From positions 251,785-315,784 of the forward strand of contig MU006093.1 of the NCBI GenBank assembly GCA_010093705.1: a DNA stretch of 64,000 nt. The letters are read 5' to 3'. Shown here one piece after another: positions 11,623-24,379 of the stretch (positions within the stretch are counted from its first letter, which is position 1; the number at the start of each line of letters is the position of its first letter). This stretch comes from Patellaria atrata CBS 101060 (taxonomy: Eukaryota). Both the position numbers and the translations under genes were made by a program. The notes under the pieces are model-generated. The model was not told the origin of the DNA and did no database searches. It saw only the letters and a program-made list of their open reading frames with translations.

Positions 11623-13234
11623 CTATACAGCAACCCCTCTCTCCATCCCATATTTCTGGACTTCCTTTCTCAGAGTCTCCTGTTGTATCCTTACTGTCGA
11701 GAGAATAACCTCAGCAGCGCTCCTATCTCCACACAGCGAACCAACCTGGTTCATCTGGGCCAGAACTGCAGTGAGTTGATTTGGAAGCCACTATGCTCGT
11801 TAGCAATGCACGGTGTAGTATAGATTTTGAGACTTGAACTAGGAGGGGCAATGTTGGACGCACCGTAACTATAGGGCTGCCACCAGTGGCAGTCGGATGA
11901 GAAGTATGTTTGAGGATGTACTCCCTAGTAAAACACCAGTGTCTCCAACGGAAGTCTCTTACTTGGTCCAGAGCACTCAGATACAGAATAGCAGATGCTG
12001 TATCTTGCGTCGCAAAACTTTTGACGCCCACCGTTTCTGCAGAATCTTTGACCCATTCGAGAAACTCGCGATGATTACCTGGACGATAGGACCGGAAGTC
12101 CTTCAAGATGTCGGTGAGTGGTGTCTGTGGCATCTCAATCTGAAGTAGATTATCACAAAGAGGCACCTATATGGGGTTAATATAAGAAAATCTTTTCAAA
12201 AGTTGGACCATACCATGCTGTCATTCGCTCCAGACTCGCCTCGGAAGGACATCGGTTCCTCACTCACGCCTTCGTAAACAACGCCACTAGGAAACATCGA
12301 TTGCTTTGTAATACCAAAAATGAACGTGCGAAAACTAGTGTAATCATTTGGCTTGCTTTTAGACCACATTGCTTGTAAATGCTTAGAACAGATCTAATCT
12401 ATGATTCGAATGGGAGGACAAGCTTACTATTCATGACTTTGTTCACAGCCGTCATTGACTCGATAATCTTTGATAACCCTTTGTTGAAATCATCACGGTT
12501 ACGTGATGCACAGGCGTTGAGGACACCCACTGCTCCAGATACTAGCAATGGTGAATTCTTAACCATGGCGACGTGCACTAAGACAAAGCCAGCTTCTGAT
12601 GAGATGGGATCAAGACCATGTTCAAAAGCACGAATCAAGCGGAGGTTATTATATTCGAGACCTAGAGATGGGTCTTCCAGACGGTAGTTGTAGAGAGCAT
12701 ATGAACCCGCATATTCCATAAACGGTTTGAATCCAGCACTGGAGTACCATGAGTAAGGAAAGTGTTGTAAGAATATGAGACTTACAGTTCAGCAACTCTA
12801 ACAATAGGCAGACTAATATTTTTTGGCAACGTCTGCCGGCCTAGACCATACCCCTCCCCTTTAATGCACCGATGATGGCACGGTTCAAGTAAGTAGGCTG
12901 AAGCAAGAAAGGAGTAGTCTCTATACAGAGCATTCATGAGTGGGAGATCATCCTTATACTTCCAGATTGCGGGAGAAAGATCAGGGAGCTCCCTCAGGAC
13001 GACATCCCCAAGTTCGTATTTCGCTAGGAGACCGGGAGCACCTGAAGCAGTCGTGATAGGCATACGGCGAAGGATAGACTCGAGTAGCTGGAACTCAGAC
13101 GGCAACGCTATGACAGGATCTTGACGGGGTAAGAAGCCGCGAGTGGTGGACACCATGAACGAGGGAAGGGTAATATCATCTGGAAAGGGATCTGTGAGGA
13201 CGTTGAACAATGTGAGAGGTACTTGCATCTCCAT
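11623..13234 (-). CDS. Indoleamine 2,3-dioxygenase, IDO-gamma/IdoC type; exons approx 13234-12786, 12738-12428, 12371-12214, 12166-11864, 11790-11623
   Basis: FMVSTTRGFLPR, FMEYAGSYALYN, FRGESGANDS, FRWRHW and HPTATGGSPIVTWLPNQL motifs; four GT-AG introns. Confidence 0.92.
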
Positions 13235-13332
13235 AGTGCAAGTAAAACGGAACTAGAATTATGACGAATGTGTGTGGAGCTGGAGTAATTCTTTCTTAGG
13301 ATTTGTGAACTGAACATCGTGAGAACTCTTTG

Positions 13333-13387
13333 TTATATATCGTGGCCGGAAACCTTCCGGCCTCAAGCACGTATCCATTCCGGCCTC
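13333..13387 (-). promoter_or_regulatory. IDO promoter: TATA box plus CGG-N7-CCG palindrome and repeated half-site
   Basis: GGCCGGAA-ACC-TTCCGGCC (13344-13362), second TTCCGGCCTC (13378-13387), TATATAA on minus strand at 13333-13339. Confidence 0.5.
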
Positions 13388-14149
13388 CCCCTCCATTAGG
13401 TCCAACTATGATTAATTGTACGTAACGAGCAGATCAATGAGGCAAAACTATCCAATGCTATCGTGAGACTCGTGATGCAACTCTAGGGTCATAGATACTG
13501 TGAATTGTAAATCGCGTCCAGAGTCTCTGCATTATTAGCTTGATGATAACATAAATGAAAAGATAAGTAGAGCTATAAACATGACTTAACAGGTATTTAG
13601 ACGCGAAGTTGAAGAAAATAATATGACTAGATGTTTGAATTCGATAGATGATCTCGAAGATGAAAATGAACTTTACAGGATGAGAGGGAGAAGTAGGCCT
13701 GTCCCATCGTAGTACACTTCATTCACTTTACCTATATATGATTTTGACTTGATTTCATAAAAACTGTAGAATCATAACCTTCCATAACAAAGAAGTTATG
13801 ACACTACTACACGTATAGCACATTCATGGCCCTATTGCAGTTGTGCTATACCGCATTCAACAACGGAAGTAGAATTAGAATTGAGCAAATTCTTACTTTT
13901 ATCTAGAGACCCGGTCACGGACAATTCCACGCAACAAGAAGATTGGCATAAATCGATCTTGTCCTATATCTCACCCTCACAGAAGATTATTGTAGAGTTC
14001 AAATAAGGGGTGTCGAGGGGGTTAGATGAGAAGTTGGGAAACCCACGCACGGTCCTCCCTTAGCGTAACGGGATGGATTTGGTTCTGTCAACGGGTCGAA
14101 GGTCAGAAGAATATCAATCGTCAATGAAACATATCACATTGCCATCTTC

Positions 14150-15274
14150 ATGAGTATACGAGCTTCATCACGACAGCTGGCTCAGCCAGGTATGCATGAA
14201 AGGAAAATTTAAATTGAAATATAACTAATAGAACTCGAAGCCACCTCGTTCGCCTGTCTCCTAAAACCATCACCCTGTTTCACACCCGCCCTTCATCGCC
14301 GTACAATCGTCTCAAAAAGCATAAGAACCGCCGCAGATCAAGTATTTCGAAATGTACAACAAATTATGCCTAGACGAGGAATAAGGTGGTGGGGCAGAGG
14401 CTCATCAACTACGGAGCAGACACAATCCGAAAACCCCATTCTAGATGAGTACCTCGCGAAGCAACGGGCCCGCGAAGACAAACGCAAGAAGGCTTCTCCA
14501 GCCCCATCGCCCATGAGCACGGGCGATCTCTCCGCAGACTCTATCTTCGCCGATGAACACGATACCGGGAAAGCTGCTCAGCCCGCTGAAGTACCTGAAC
14601 CCACAGGACCGCGTCCCCGCGACAAGGCCGCTATGGCTGCAGCGCTAGACCCCGATCCGCGCTCCCGCCGCCGCTGGGAACGTAAGATGGTGATTCGCGA
14701 GATTCGCAAACGAGGACGTCTTTCCAAGGCCCAAGTGATCAAGCGCACGGAGCGAGAGAGTTTGACGAAGAGTCCGTTCATACACACGAGTATCAAGAAA
14801 CTGGGCCCGCTTGCGCGGCAGATTGCCGGAAAGCCAATCGAGGAGGCCATCACGCAGATGCGGTTTTCGAAGAAGAAGGCTGCGATTGACGTTAAACAGA
14901 TTCTGGAACATGCACGCAATGAGGCTATTGTGCGAAGAGGAATGGGACTGGGCAAAGCGCAGGGCGAATTTCATGAACCGCTCCTGATTCGGAATAAGGA
15001 AGGCAAGAAAATGATCGTTACGGATAAATCGCGGATCTACGTGGATCAGGCTTGGGTAGGTAGAGGGTCGTATACGAAAGAGCCCTCATTTAGGGCCAGA
15101 GGTCGAGTGGACATCTTGAGGAGCCCGCAGACGAGTATCAGTGTCTTGTTGAAGGAAGAGAAAACAAGGATAAGGGAGCATGAGGAGAGAAAGAAGAAGA
15201 GAGATAATAGGAAGTTATGGGTACAGTTGCCGGATAGGCCGATACAGCAACAGACGCAGTGGTATAAGTGGTAG
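14150..15274 (+). CDS. MRPL22: Mitochondrial ribosomal protein uL22m; exons approx 14150-14189, 14232-15274
   Basis: SIKKLGPLARQIAGKPIEEAITQMRFSKKK and IYVDQAWVGRG...RARGR uL22 motifs; a 42-nt intron joins an upstream presequence-like exon (MSIRASSRQLAQP) in frame. Confidence 0.9.
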
Positions 15275-15587
15275 AGATTGTGCCAGGAATTGGACAAGAG
15301 TGTATTACATAATTGATGCAACTGTATGATAGACCTTCTGGTCTCATCTGCTGCAATTCTTAATCACGATATTCAACCTAACATGTCTAGCAAATATGTA
15401 TAGTGTAAAGTATTACCGTAGGTTCCAGAGTAGAAGATTATTCCATTCTCTGGTACGTGATAGACCTTGTGATCTCAAAAACTACCCAGCTATTTAGCCT
15501 TAGTTAAACTTCCTCCAACGCCATCGCCATGCAAAGAGTTACTCAGTGGTATTAACACAAGACGCCCCATGAATGGGACTCATTATA

Positions 15588-17287
15588 TCAGGTACCGGTA
15601 TTCCCACCACACAGCATCTGCAGCATTCCTCTCGTGTTCCAACAAACCTGTGCAATCTCTGCGTTGTTTCTCACCTGATCATACAACCGCTTGAAAAGCA
15701 TATCGATCTCATGGCTCGTCCCCAGGTGTTCGGAGTATATATCTAACAGTTCTGTCGCCGTTCGTGTAGTGATCTTTGTAATTCGTGGGTCACCGATATG
15801 CTTGGTCACCCACTTAAGAATTGGCTGAAGTGTTTGCTCGTCCCGATTAGAGAGAGCGACGCGAAGAGCAGAGCGATGGTGAAGCGCAGTAAGGAGGGTA
15901 AGTACATTGGCATTCGTCGCATGGTTCTATAAGATGTAAGCATTTGCTTCGAAGTTTCGAAAAGAAATATTGGGGAGTAATGATGTACCTTGTTCTCGGG
16001 TGCGAGTACAATATCTAACGCATCCTCGTATCGACCCTTAAACAACGCATGTTGCCATTTGATTCGTCTGGAACCGACCAGTTTCCCTCTAGAATTGCCA
16101 TCAATTACGATGTCGGCACCCTCGCCCGTGTAGTCTTTCCCCCTCGTCGCCTTTTCCCAACCGCGGCCCCGAGCTCGTTTCTTCTGCTTGCGGTCATATT
16201 CCTCGATTTTACCCTCGACAAGCGCTTGCATCTCCTTTTGGCGCTTTTTGGCGGCGGTTTTCTGTTGTCCGCTCTGGCGAGACCTTACAGAGAGAAGACC
16301 AGACTGTAATCCAACAACCAAATGCTTGTCTTCTTGATTACCGCCCGATGAGACAACACTGAGGGAGAGTATGGGGCTAGGGTATTTGAATCCTGCGATA
16401 ACGTCCCATGACTTCGTATCAAATACTTTTACGTGCCCATCCAGAGCACCAGTAAGTATTCTCGTACCTTTACTAGCTAATGCTAAACTGGTAACAGTCT
16501 TTTGATGGTTCCTTAGCATCTCCCTGGGTCTAGCCGCTACAAGGTCAAGTACTGAGACCTGGTTACCGGCTGCTGCCAGCAAAGTAGTTCCCTCATGCAT
16601 TGGAAGTACACTCTCAACTGCCGCAGAGTGTTTAAACACCATTGCTGCTTTATCTGCTATCCTTGGATCCCATACTCTTACTGTCTGGTCATAGGAACCT
16701 GTAACCACCATGCCATTTGCCTGACCGATCATAAAACAGCCGCTCCGCACATAATCTTGATGGCCCACAAACTTCCTTGTGCTGTCATCGGAAGGTAGAT
16801 CCCACAATCGTACCGTCGTGTCGTCGCTCGCGCTCATGAGTGTTGTGAGCTCTGAAGGGTGCCATTCTGTCACCCATACTGGCTGCTTGTGCTCGTTCCA
16901 GGTCCTTAGGATGGCTCGAGAATTAACATCAAATGCCTGTATAGCACCACTATCACCTCCTGCTACTACGACTCGACCATCGCGCCGTATCCGACCGCTA
17001 TGTGCAGTGTCACTCACACCAAAGCGGGATATTGTTTTCAAGAGTTTTCGGGTTCGGGTTGAGTAAAGCTGCAGCCGTGTTCCTGACGTAACAACGAATG
17101 CTTCTAGCGCGCTCGATATAGGCGTGGAAGATGGTGGAGGAAATGCTATGCTAGTTATAGGACTGGAGTGCGGAGACGGAAGTAGTAGCTGTGAGGTGAA
17201 GCTACGCCAGTACTTTTGTTCCGGAGTAACAGTAAATTCGGTTGAAGGATGCTTTATAGGCTGAAGTGCAGTAACTTCCGCAGCCAT
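15588..17287 (-). CDS. UTP15: U3 snoRNP WD40 protein Utp15; one intron near 15928-15988
   Basis: MAAEV start, EQKYWRSF, WD40 repeats (HQDYVRSG, TGSYDQTVRVWD, NHQKTVTSL), UTP15 C-terminal LLTALHHRSALRVAL...HIGDPR. Confidence 0.92.
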
Positions 17288-17947
17288 TGTAAGCAAGTGT
17301 GAGACCTAAGAGTCTATTCAGACGTCAATTCTCACAACTGAAAAGTTTTGGGTAATGAACTTGTAGAGCTAGTTTTCGCGAGAAGATGTCGGCACCGGGA
17401 GAACTTAGATGCGTAGATTGCAAGTTTTGCCGACTCCGCAATCACATCCCCGGATAACCCCCCTTTATTAGTTCTAATCATGGTAGACATACGCAAGAGT
17501 TATTCACTCTATAAGTGTTATATTCTCAGCTATCTACTCTGTAAATGATTGATCTTTGAGATCCCTCGACCTCAACTCTTCACAAAACACACACCTCATG
17601 TTGCTTCAATGTATCCCGAATAAAACCTCCACCATGATCTTCTTCACAGCATTCCATAGATCGTCCGGCCGCTATTCCAATATGACAAATGCCCCAATGA
17701 CCATCCCTAGAGTACAAAAAACCCCTTTATACCCTAATGAAAACTTGCTAACGGGGCCAACCAGTAGTAGCTTACTTATTAAAGAGTCTGAGTCTTTCCT
17801 CTTAAGGATTTTACAAATGTGTCTTCGTTCGTTATTTTCATGACCTCCACCGCGAAGAGCACAATGTTCTAGACAGGTGCGGCTCAAGAACTTGGTATTT
17901 AGTATCTACTTGAGGGAATTAATGTTCTGTTGTTCCAGGCTTCACCT

Positions 17948-18961
17948 CTATCGTCTCACCTTCAACTTCTTCGAAGGTGGTTGAACCGTGAGCACCTTAC
18001 GAGCCGCACTATTAGCCCGCTCGGATAGATAAATATTGATAGCGGGAATAGCTGCCTTGATAGCGATCTTCTTGAGGCAATCACGGCAATGACAGTAGCG
18101 GCAACGTTCATCACCATCCTCGTCATCCCCGTCATCGCTATCGCCGTCGTCATTCTCCGAGTCGTTGTCTGAAAACTCCGAGTTTGATTCACGCTTCCGC
18201 TTTCTAGAGTCCATCTCTGGTTTAGAAAGAATTACACCAGATTCCAGCTGCGCGATGAGATCCTCAGGAAAAGTAACAATTTCCTTATTGGCAGCAGGTC
18301 CTTCGCTCCATAGTTTGACAGTAAATTTCTCTGCGTTAAACCTCAAACGAAAGAATGCGTGCTGGATTTTAGGACCTGTGGTTTCCCAATCCCAGGGCTT
18401 GGACTTGTCCTCATCCATAAGACATGCGTAGTCTGGAACCAACAGGATTGTCAATGACTCCAGGCGTCCAAATCCACTAGGATATGTACCACTAATGTTG
18501 AGAATATCGTCCAAAGCATTAACATAAACCAGGAGTTCAATGTTACGAATCGAGGGTCGAACGTGAACCGGTGGTGGTATCGGTCGCAGGTATGGCGCCT
18601 TCTTATACTCAAGTAATTTACACCCCAGCAACCATGTATCGCTTTCAAAAAATCCGTCTGGAATTCCGAGCTGCATGCGAAATGTGTTCTTGGCGTAAAT
18701 GAGTTTGATCGCTACCTCGCGGATGCTTCGACAAGAGGCAAGCGCCCACTTATACCTTGCAGTCTTGAGGATAAGGGTTACGAAGTAGTTCCAAGTTATG
18801 GGTCGTTCAATGATCAGTACGGATGTGAGGATCTTCTCGAGAATCTTTAGCGGTAGATTCTGAAGGAACTGTCCGCCGTGCATCATATGTGCCATATCAT
18901 GCCCTTCGGGACCCATCGTATCGAGGGCGTTTGGGGCTTTAATAATTGGATCACTCCCCAT
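17948..18961 (-). CDS. Orphan with F-box-like N-terminal motif, acidic tract, Cys cluster and basic NLS-like tail
   Basis: Intronless 337-aa ORF; FLQNLPLKILEKIL; paralogous to 19748-20911; TATAAA on minus strand near 19173-19178. Confidence 0.75.
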   Translation of the reverse strand: MGSDPIIKAPNALDTMGPEGHDMAHMMHGGQFLQNLPLKILEKILTSVLIIERPITWNYFVTLILKTARYKWALASCRSIREVAIKLIYAKNTFRMQLGIPDGFFESDTWLLGCKLLEYKKAPYLRPIPPPVHVRPSIRNIELLVYVNALDDILNISGTYPSGFGRLESLTILLVPDYACLMDEDKSKPWDWETTGPKIQHAFFRLRFNAEKFTVKLWSEGPAANKEIVTFPEDLIAQLESGVILSKPEMDSRKRKRESNSEFSDNDSENDDGDSDDGDDEDGDERCRYCHCRDCLKKIAIKAAIPAINIYLSERANSAARKVLTVQPPSKKLKVRR

Positions 18962-19747
18962 AGATATCGGGCTCGCTGCCCTGCTGACTACGATATTCCG
19001 TTTAGTATCTGTTGTGACGGTTCTAAGTACAATCCTTACTTTTGCGTTCTCTAGTCTCGATATTACTTGTGAAAGGGGAGAGGTTTGCCTTAGAGTGGTA
19101 TGCTTCGAGTCGTAGCTTCTATTTCTGTGGGGTGGAGGAAAGAAGAGTTAGAGCTAGGTAGAAAGGTAGGTCTTTATATGCAAATGAGAGCGGCCCTTAT
19201 TCCTAAATAGGTAATGCGTGATAGTATAAAACAATACTTCAAAAAATGTAAGTATTCTTCAACAATGACCATGAATAACGGTGCTGCAGCCAATAGAGCC
19301 GTCATGATGAATCTTTGTAACACACTATCAACATAGGGACAGTATCAGTTACAACATATTCACGAGAAGCTTTGGTCAAAGACTAGGCAATATCAACAAT
19401 GGCCACATATAAAGACGTAAGATACCGAAGTATGTGCAAATCGAGCACAGTTTATTCCCTTTTAATTCATTCCTGACATAAAACGAAAGATATTCTTCTA
19501 GTTTGAGTTTGTCAAATTCTGCAAGGTTCGCTGTTCGTGACTTACTTTTCAGTCGCTAAGTTTCTCTATCTTCAAAAGTCTTACAGATCATCAAAGTACG
19601 CACTTTCATTATCTTGGATTCTTTATTTATTCATTCATACCGTTATTAAGATACACCCTATTAATATACACACCATACTAAGAGCAAATGAGTCCTACTA
19701 TACTAATGAATGACAATAAACCCTTTGAAATATGAGAAGGGATCAAG

Positions 19748-20911
19748 TTAGAGCTTCGTCAGAACCACATTACCCCACACGTCAAGGATTTTCTCAACAT
19801 AGAGGTCATCTTCAATAGATAACAACCTGCTTAAACCCTCAAGCTGCTGTGGACTGAGTTGCTGCGCAGCGTCCTGGATAGTCGTTTCTTGTCCTAGACG
19901 ACCTTCACTGTATATCAGTGTTCGTGGCCGCTCGGCGTCGTCCGCAGAATCCTTCTCATGTACTGGTTCAGTTAGTGGCACATCAATGACGGTGGGTGTC
20001 CCATCTACAACGTGAGGCTCACACCAGGCCCGCTTTGGAGGCTGTCCTTGCTCTCCACGCGAAGATTGGTCCTTCACTGGTGATGGATCCCGACGAAGCC
20101 GATTATTCAGTTCCTTGAGCAGGGTAGTTGGCATCATAGTTTGGCCCCAGATCATCGTGATCTGTCGAGTTGGTAGTCTCTCATTCCCCACTTTGAACAA
20201 TAGGTAGAGAGACCTGAATCTTGATAACCACGTGCTACCAATCAATTTGGATTCCACAAGCCGAAATTGAATCTCTCGCAAACGGTGGAATCCGTCTTGG
20301 TCCAGTCGACTAGTCTTATTTGCGAAGGTCGCCCTCTCCCACTCATGTGTTCCTACCCACTCTTCTAGCGCGACCTCGAGCTGGATTCGCCGGATATTAG
20401 GCCTGGCCATTCTTGGTGGCGGTACCATAGGAAGAAATCGTTCCCTACCGCGAGCAATCCACAGAGTTCTCTGTCTCAAATAAGCCGGCTTAAAGATGAA
20501 CAGGTTGTGTCCATACGCTTGTTCGAGGGCAATCCTCCTCATGGTCGAACCCAAACGATGCAACACATTCCTGAAACCACTTGTTCGCCGAATAATTATG
20601 AATTGATCCCAGGTAATCGGCATGTCGACTATTACCACCCTTCGGGCAATGTCCATCAACATCTCTTCCGGTAGCGAATCTAGGGGTCGTCTAGGGGTAA
20701 CCAAGGCTAAAACAGCGGCTTGTTGGTTCGCTCGCGTTTGTGCCAAAGCTTGCCGTATGCCCTCTAGTCGCGCACGCTCTCGACGTACACTCTCATGAAC
20801 CGGGAATGTATGGCTACCTCCCCACGAAGTTCCTAAAGTACCCTCTCGGGTGGGATTGAGGCGAGCACTTCTCCTCTTACGGATTGTCCTTTCATGCTTT
20901 CTTACACCCAT
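19748..20911 (-). CDS. Orphan with F-box-like motif, paralog of 17948-18961
   Basis: Intronless 387-aa ORF; LDSLPEEMLMDI, PITWDQF, PPPRMARPNIRRIQLEV blocks align with the neighbour. Confidence 0.75.
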   Translation of the reverse strand: MGVRKHERTIRKRRSARLNPTREGTLGTSWGGSHTFPVHESVRRERARLEGIRQALAQTRANQQAAVLALVTPRRPLDSLPEEMLMDIARRVVIVDMPITWDQFIIIRRTSGFRNVLHRLGSTMRRIALEQAYGHNLFIFKPAYLRQRTLWIARGRERFLPMVPPPRMARPNIRRIQLEVALEEWVGTHEWERATFANKTSRLDQDGFHRLREIQFRLVESKLIGSTWLSRFRSLYLLFKVGNERLPTRQITMIWGQTMMPTTLLKELNNRLRRDPSPVKDQSSRGEQGQPPKRAWCEPHVVDGTPTVIDVPLTEPVHEKDSADDAERPRTLIYSEGRLGQETTIQDAAQQLSPQQLEGLSRLLSIEDDLYVEKILDVWGNVVLTKL

Positions 20912-21200
20912 CTTGAATTAGGAGTTTGGATCGGTGTGGTTTGAATGTTCTACCTTTTTGATTAGGATAATTCAAACGAGTTAGATATGTCGTCGTGCGT
21001 TGAATGCTTTCTCGGTGTTCAGTAAATGTTCTGCTAGAAAGGACTATTCAGATTGAATTGTGCAAGTATTTAAAGGATGTATGCGACTATAGTGATGATA
21101 AATAGTATTGATTGTTCGCATTTGTAGGGAAATAATATATTGTCTTCTCTATCTCTCCTACATTGTTCTACTACGTCGTTTCCGTAACACAGCACATTGA

Positions 21201-22130
21201 CTATGGACATTCTTGATCGATGTTTGTGAGCGTAGATGGGCATTCCACTGGACCCAGCGGTTCCAAGTAATCGAACAATGTAGCAAAGTGGCCCATAACG
21301 ACTCTGAACAGATTGTTTTGTCTACAGATTCGTCGTGGATCGTTCATATCACTAAACATAAAAATTATCTCCAGCATCATGTACTGCACATTCGTTAAGG
21401 GTATATAAAAGGAACCTCAAAGAAACTGAAATCGGTCTTCGGGGCTTTCATAGTCTCAGAAGATAGGAAGTTGATTTCATCGACCAATTTGTGGCTCTGA
21501 AGTCCATTAAGGAATGTTCAATGTATGGAACTCAATGATAGTTAATAAGTCTGACAAGCAAAAGTCACTTAGGAGGCCGTATAAACGCATTGAAATTCGC
21601 TCCTTTGTATTCTCTCTTGGCTTTTTGTACTAATAGGTAAGTTGCAATACTACCATTCATTGAAGTGCTCTCAAGCAGACAAAGTTCAGCGTCTCTATCC
21701 TTACTCTTATAGTGCTTCCCAGTCATACCATATTTCTTAAGCTCCACAGAATTATCCTTGTAAAATCCTAAAGCTTCATCCTCATCAAGTACCGGATCCA
21801 GACTACATACTGAACGCTCGTCATCTGCATTGAGAAGCAAGTCTTCATTAGCCCCATTAGGTATTAAATTTTCATATTATCCTCATCTGATGGCATATCT
21901 TCATCATGTTCACTGGGCGTATAATCCGGGTCATTATTCTTGACGTTGTCTTCCTCTTCTTGCTCTTGGTTCCAAATTCCAACCTTGAGAAACCAGCAGA
22001 CAAACCCAGTTTCTGATATCATCTGCGACATCGACGAACGAAAAATGTTTCCAGGTGTGGTTAATGAGTTGGGACATTCTGCGCATAGAGCTGCACAGCC
22101 GCGCTTTAGTCTTTCTTTTATCCTTCGCAC
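21201..22130 (-). pseudogene. Possible decayed gene of unknown family
   Basis: Three consecutive minus-strand ORF pieces; the acidic text DEDMPSDEDN continues after a frameshift as ENLIPNGANEDLLLNADDERS. No recognisable domain. Confidence 0.3.
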
Positions 22131-22199
22131 CGCTCAAGATGTATTCATCATTCTCCTTATACACCACTACGGTCGCGATGTGGCATGACTGGTCAGTTT

Positions 22200-23432
22200 T
22201 CAATCAACCACCACCTCCTGAGAGTCATTGCTCCGATGTCCCTTCCACTGATTTTGTCCTTCGATCGAGCTGACAATCGTGTTTGTCAGATCACCAGGTT
22301 GGAGGACTCCCACACCAAATGAAAGGCGCGGTTTCGCTTGGTCCTTTGGCTTGTTTTGCAGGAGAGCAACTTGTGTAGGCTCGTTTGACGACCCGGTGCT
22401 CATGCCAGATTTTACTAGGAGTTTGTGGAAGAGAGGCCGTAGTGTGGCAATACAACCTGCTATAATACCCGCGCCGGGCTCTATTGAACTCCAGATGGCG
22501 AAGGTTGTGGAATTCCCTACCAGATTTAGAATGAGGAAGAATGTTTGAAATGGAGGAAGCTTACAGAGAAAATCGTCTGGATTCCTTAGGGCGTGCACAA
22601 ATGGCAATCGAAATATTGACGCTATACTTCCTCTAATACGTCTTAGTATTATAACTACGGTGTAAATGGGGAGAGATTGAACTTACAAGGCTCCCAATGC
22701 TAGGATACCAGCAACAACAGCTTTGTTCCGGGAGTCCATGTTCAAATCCTTCACGATGAGAATTGGGAGAACCCCAAATGTCCAATCTGCAAGAGCATTG
22801 ACGGCAGACGCGGCATATACCCAACCCAAGACGACTCTGGCGGGGAGACATGTGTGCGCGCTCGGGCCGATGTTCCAGAAGTCAGATGCGGGATTACACT
22901 GGAAGAGTAGGAAGAAGAAGGAGGTCGTTGATACAAGGGTAGTTCCAATTACAGTAACTCTAAGTATCCATATGTAGAGTCTATGAATAGCAAATCTTAG
23001 TAGAAAGAGCCCTAGAGAAAGCTTGACGAAGCAGGTACTGAGTATATAGAAAGCTTCGCAGATGTACCAGAACTGTTCATCGAGCGGTCAGAAGCCATAT
23101 AGTCGTGTAAAGTATTCCTCGAACATACATATCTGGCCCTTACGACGCTATCCGAACTCAAATTGTATTCATGCTTGCCCAGGCCGTGGCGTATTACCAC
23201 AAATTCACCACCAATAAAAGCAGTATAGAAAATCTGTTTCACGAGTGAGTTTAGGACTCCTACTTAATAGGAGGATTATTGTACTCACAAGTGTCACCAC
23301 CATTAACCTATCATCCCACCCGAAAGACTTGATCATAACAGCGCGCACGTAAACACGCAGAAGACAAGCTAGATAAGATGTGGCAAGGAAGATAATGGCA
23401 ACAACAAGAAGTTGAGTGCTACGATCTTCCAT
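22200..23432 (-). CDS. PTH11-like (fungal rhodopsin-domain) integral membrane protein without CFEM; exons approx 23432-23289, 23233-23129, 23072-22687, 22632-22565, 22516-22200
   Basis: LRVYVR..GWDD, GLGKH, KLSLGLFLLR, FQCNP..FW, ADWTFGVLP, WSSIEPGAGIIAGCIATLRPLF signature. Confidence 0.9.
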
Positions 23433-24379
23433 CTTCTCGCCCTACACCTGCGGGTGCATGTCAATTGTAAGTGTACTGAGGACACTCCTTTAAGACTCGA
23501 AAGAGAGGCAAAGAAGTTAAAGTCTTGAACTCGGGAGGTAAAATTCCAACTTCTAGCTTTTCCAGCCCCTAGTACAGTGTACAGATATGATCAGCCCTCA
23601 TACGACGCTTCGTATCTTCTTAGTGCTTGTTCTCGGAGACTCCGATATATAGAAAACATTGAAACATCCCAGTCCTTTTACTATTTATACTTGATCGCGA
23701 TGCAATGACAATTCCGTTGAAAGGTGCTGCTCTACTTTTCAGAAAACAATAACGACCCCGCGATACATCCTGATTTCTTGCATTTACTAAAGGGAGGGTG
23801 CTGGTCTAGAACTAACAATAGGCAGGATTTAGTCAGTATAAGCTCCTAATTTTTCAGCCTCAGTTAGCGAACCAGAGAGAGTGAGTATTTAGCGAAACAT
23901 AAGAAATGTGGCTGAAATGGGTAGTCGGTGAACGAAAACGCTATTTTGGACAATGGATTTACGAGAAGTAGAGAAAATGCGGTGTAACAATACGATGACT
24001 TCATAGACATGTTTCGATAGTTGTTGAGGTATCTTTGGTTAATGCTTGAGCCTATATTCTACTTACTACTTGATTTCTTTGTGTATTGTAAGGGAAAACG
24101 AGGAACATACAAAATCACCTCGGATGGGGATTCTACGAGGGAACGAGATTATACCACGGGTAATGACTTTTTGTCATCTATAAATTGTTTTCCGCACGAT
24201 AGAACAAACTACGCTCTTATCTTACTAACCCAGTGATCATGACCCTATATAAGAGTCAAAGTAGCCTATCGCCCAAGAAATTGTAAGCCAATGCGCACTT
24301 ACAAGCTTATGTCGGGATATAGGCCTCAGATAATCCTCTAAATAAAAAAGAGATCCCGTACTTTACCGAGAGACCGGCC

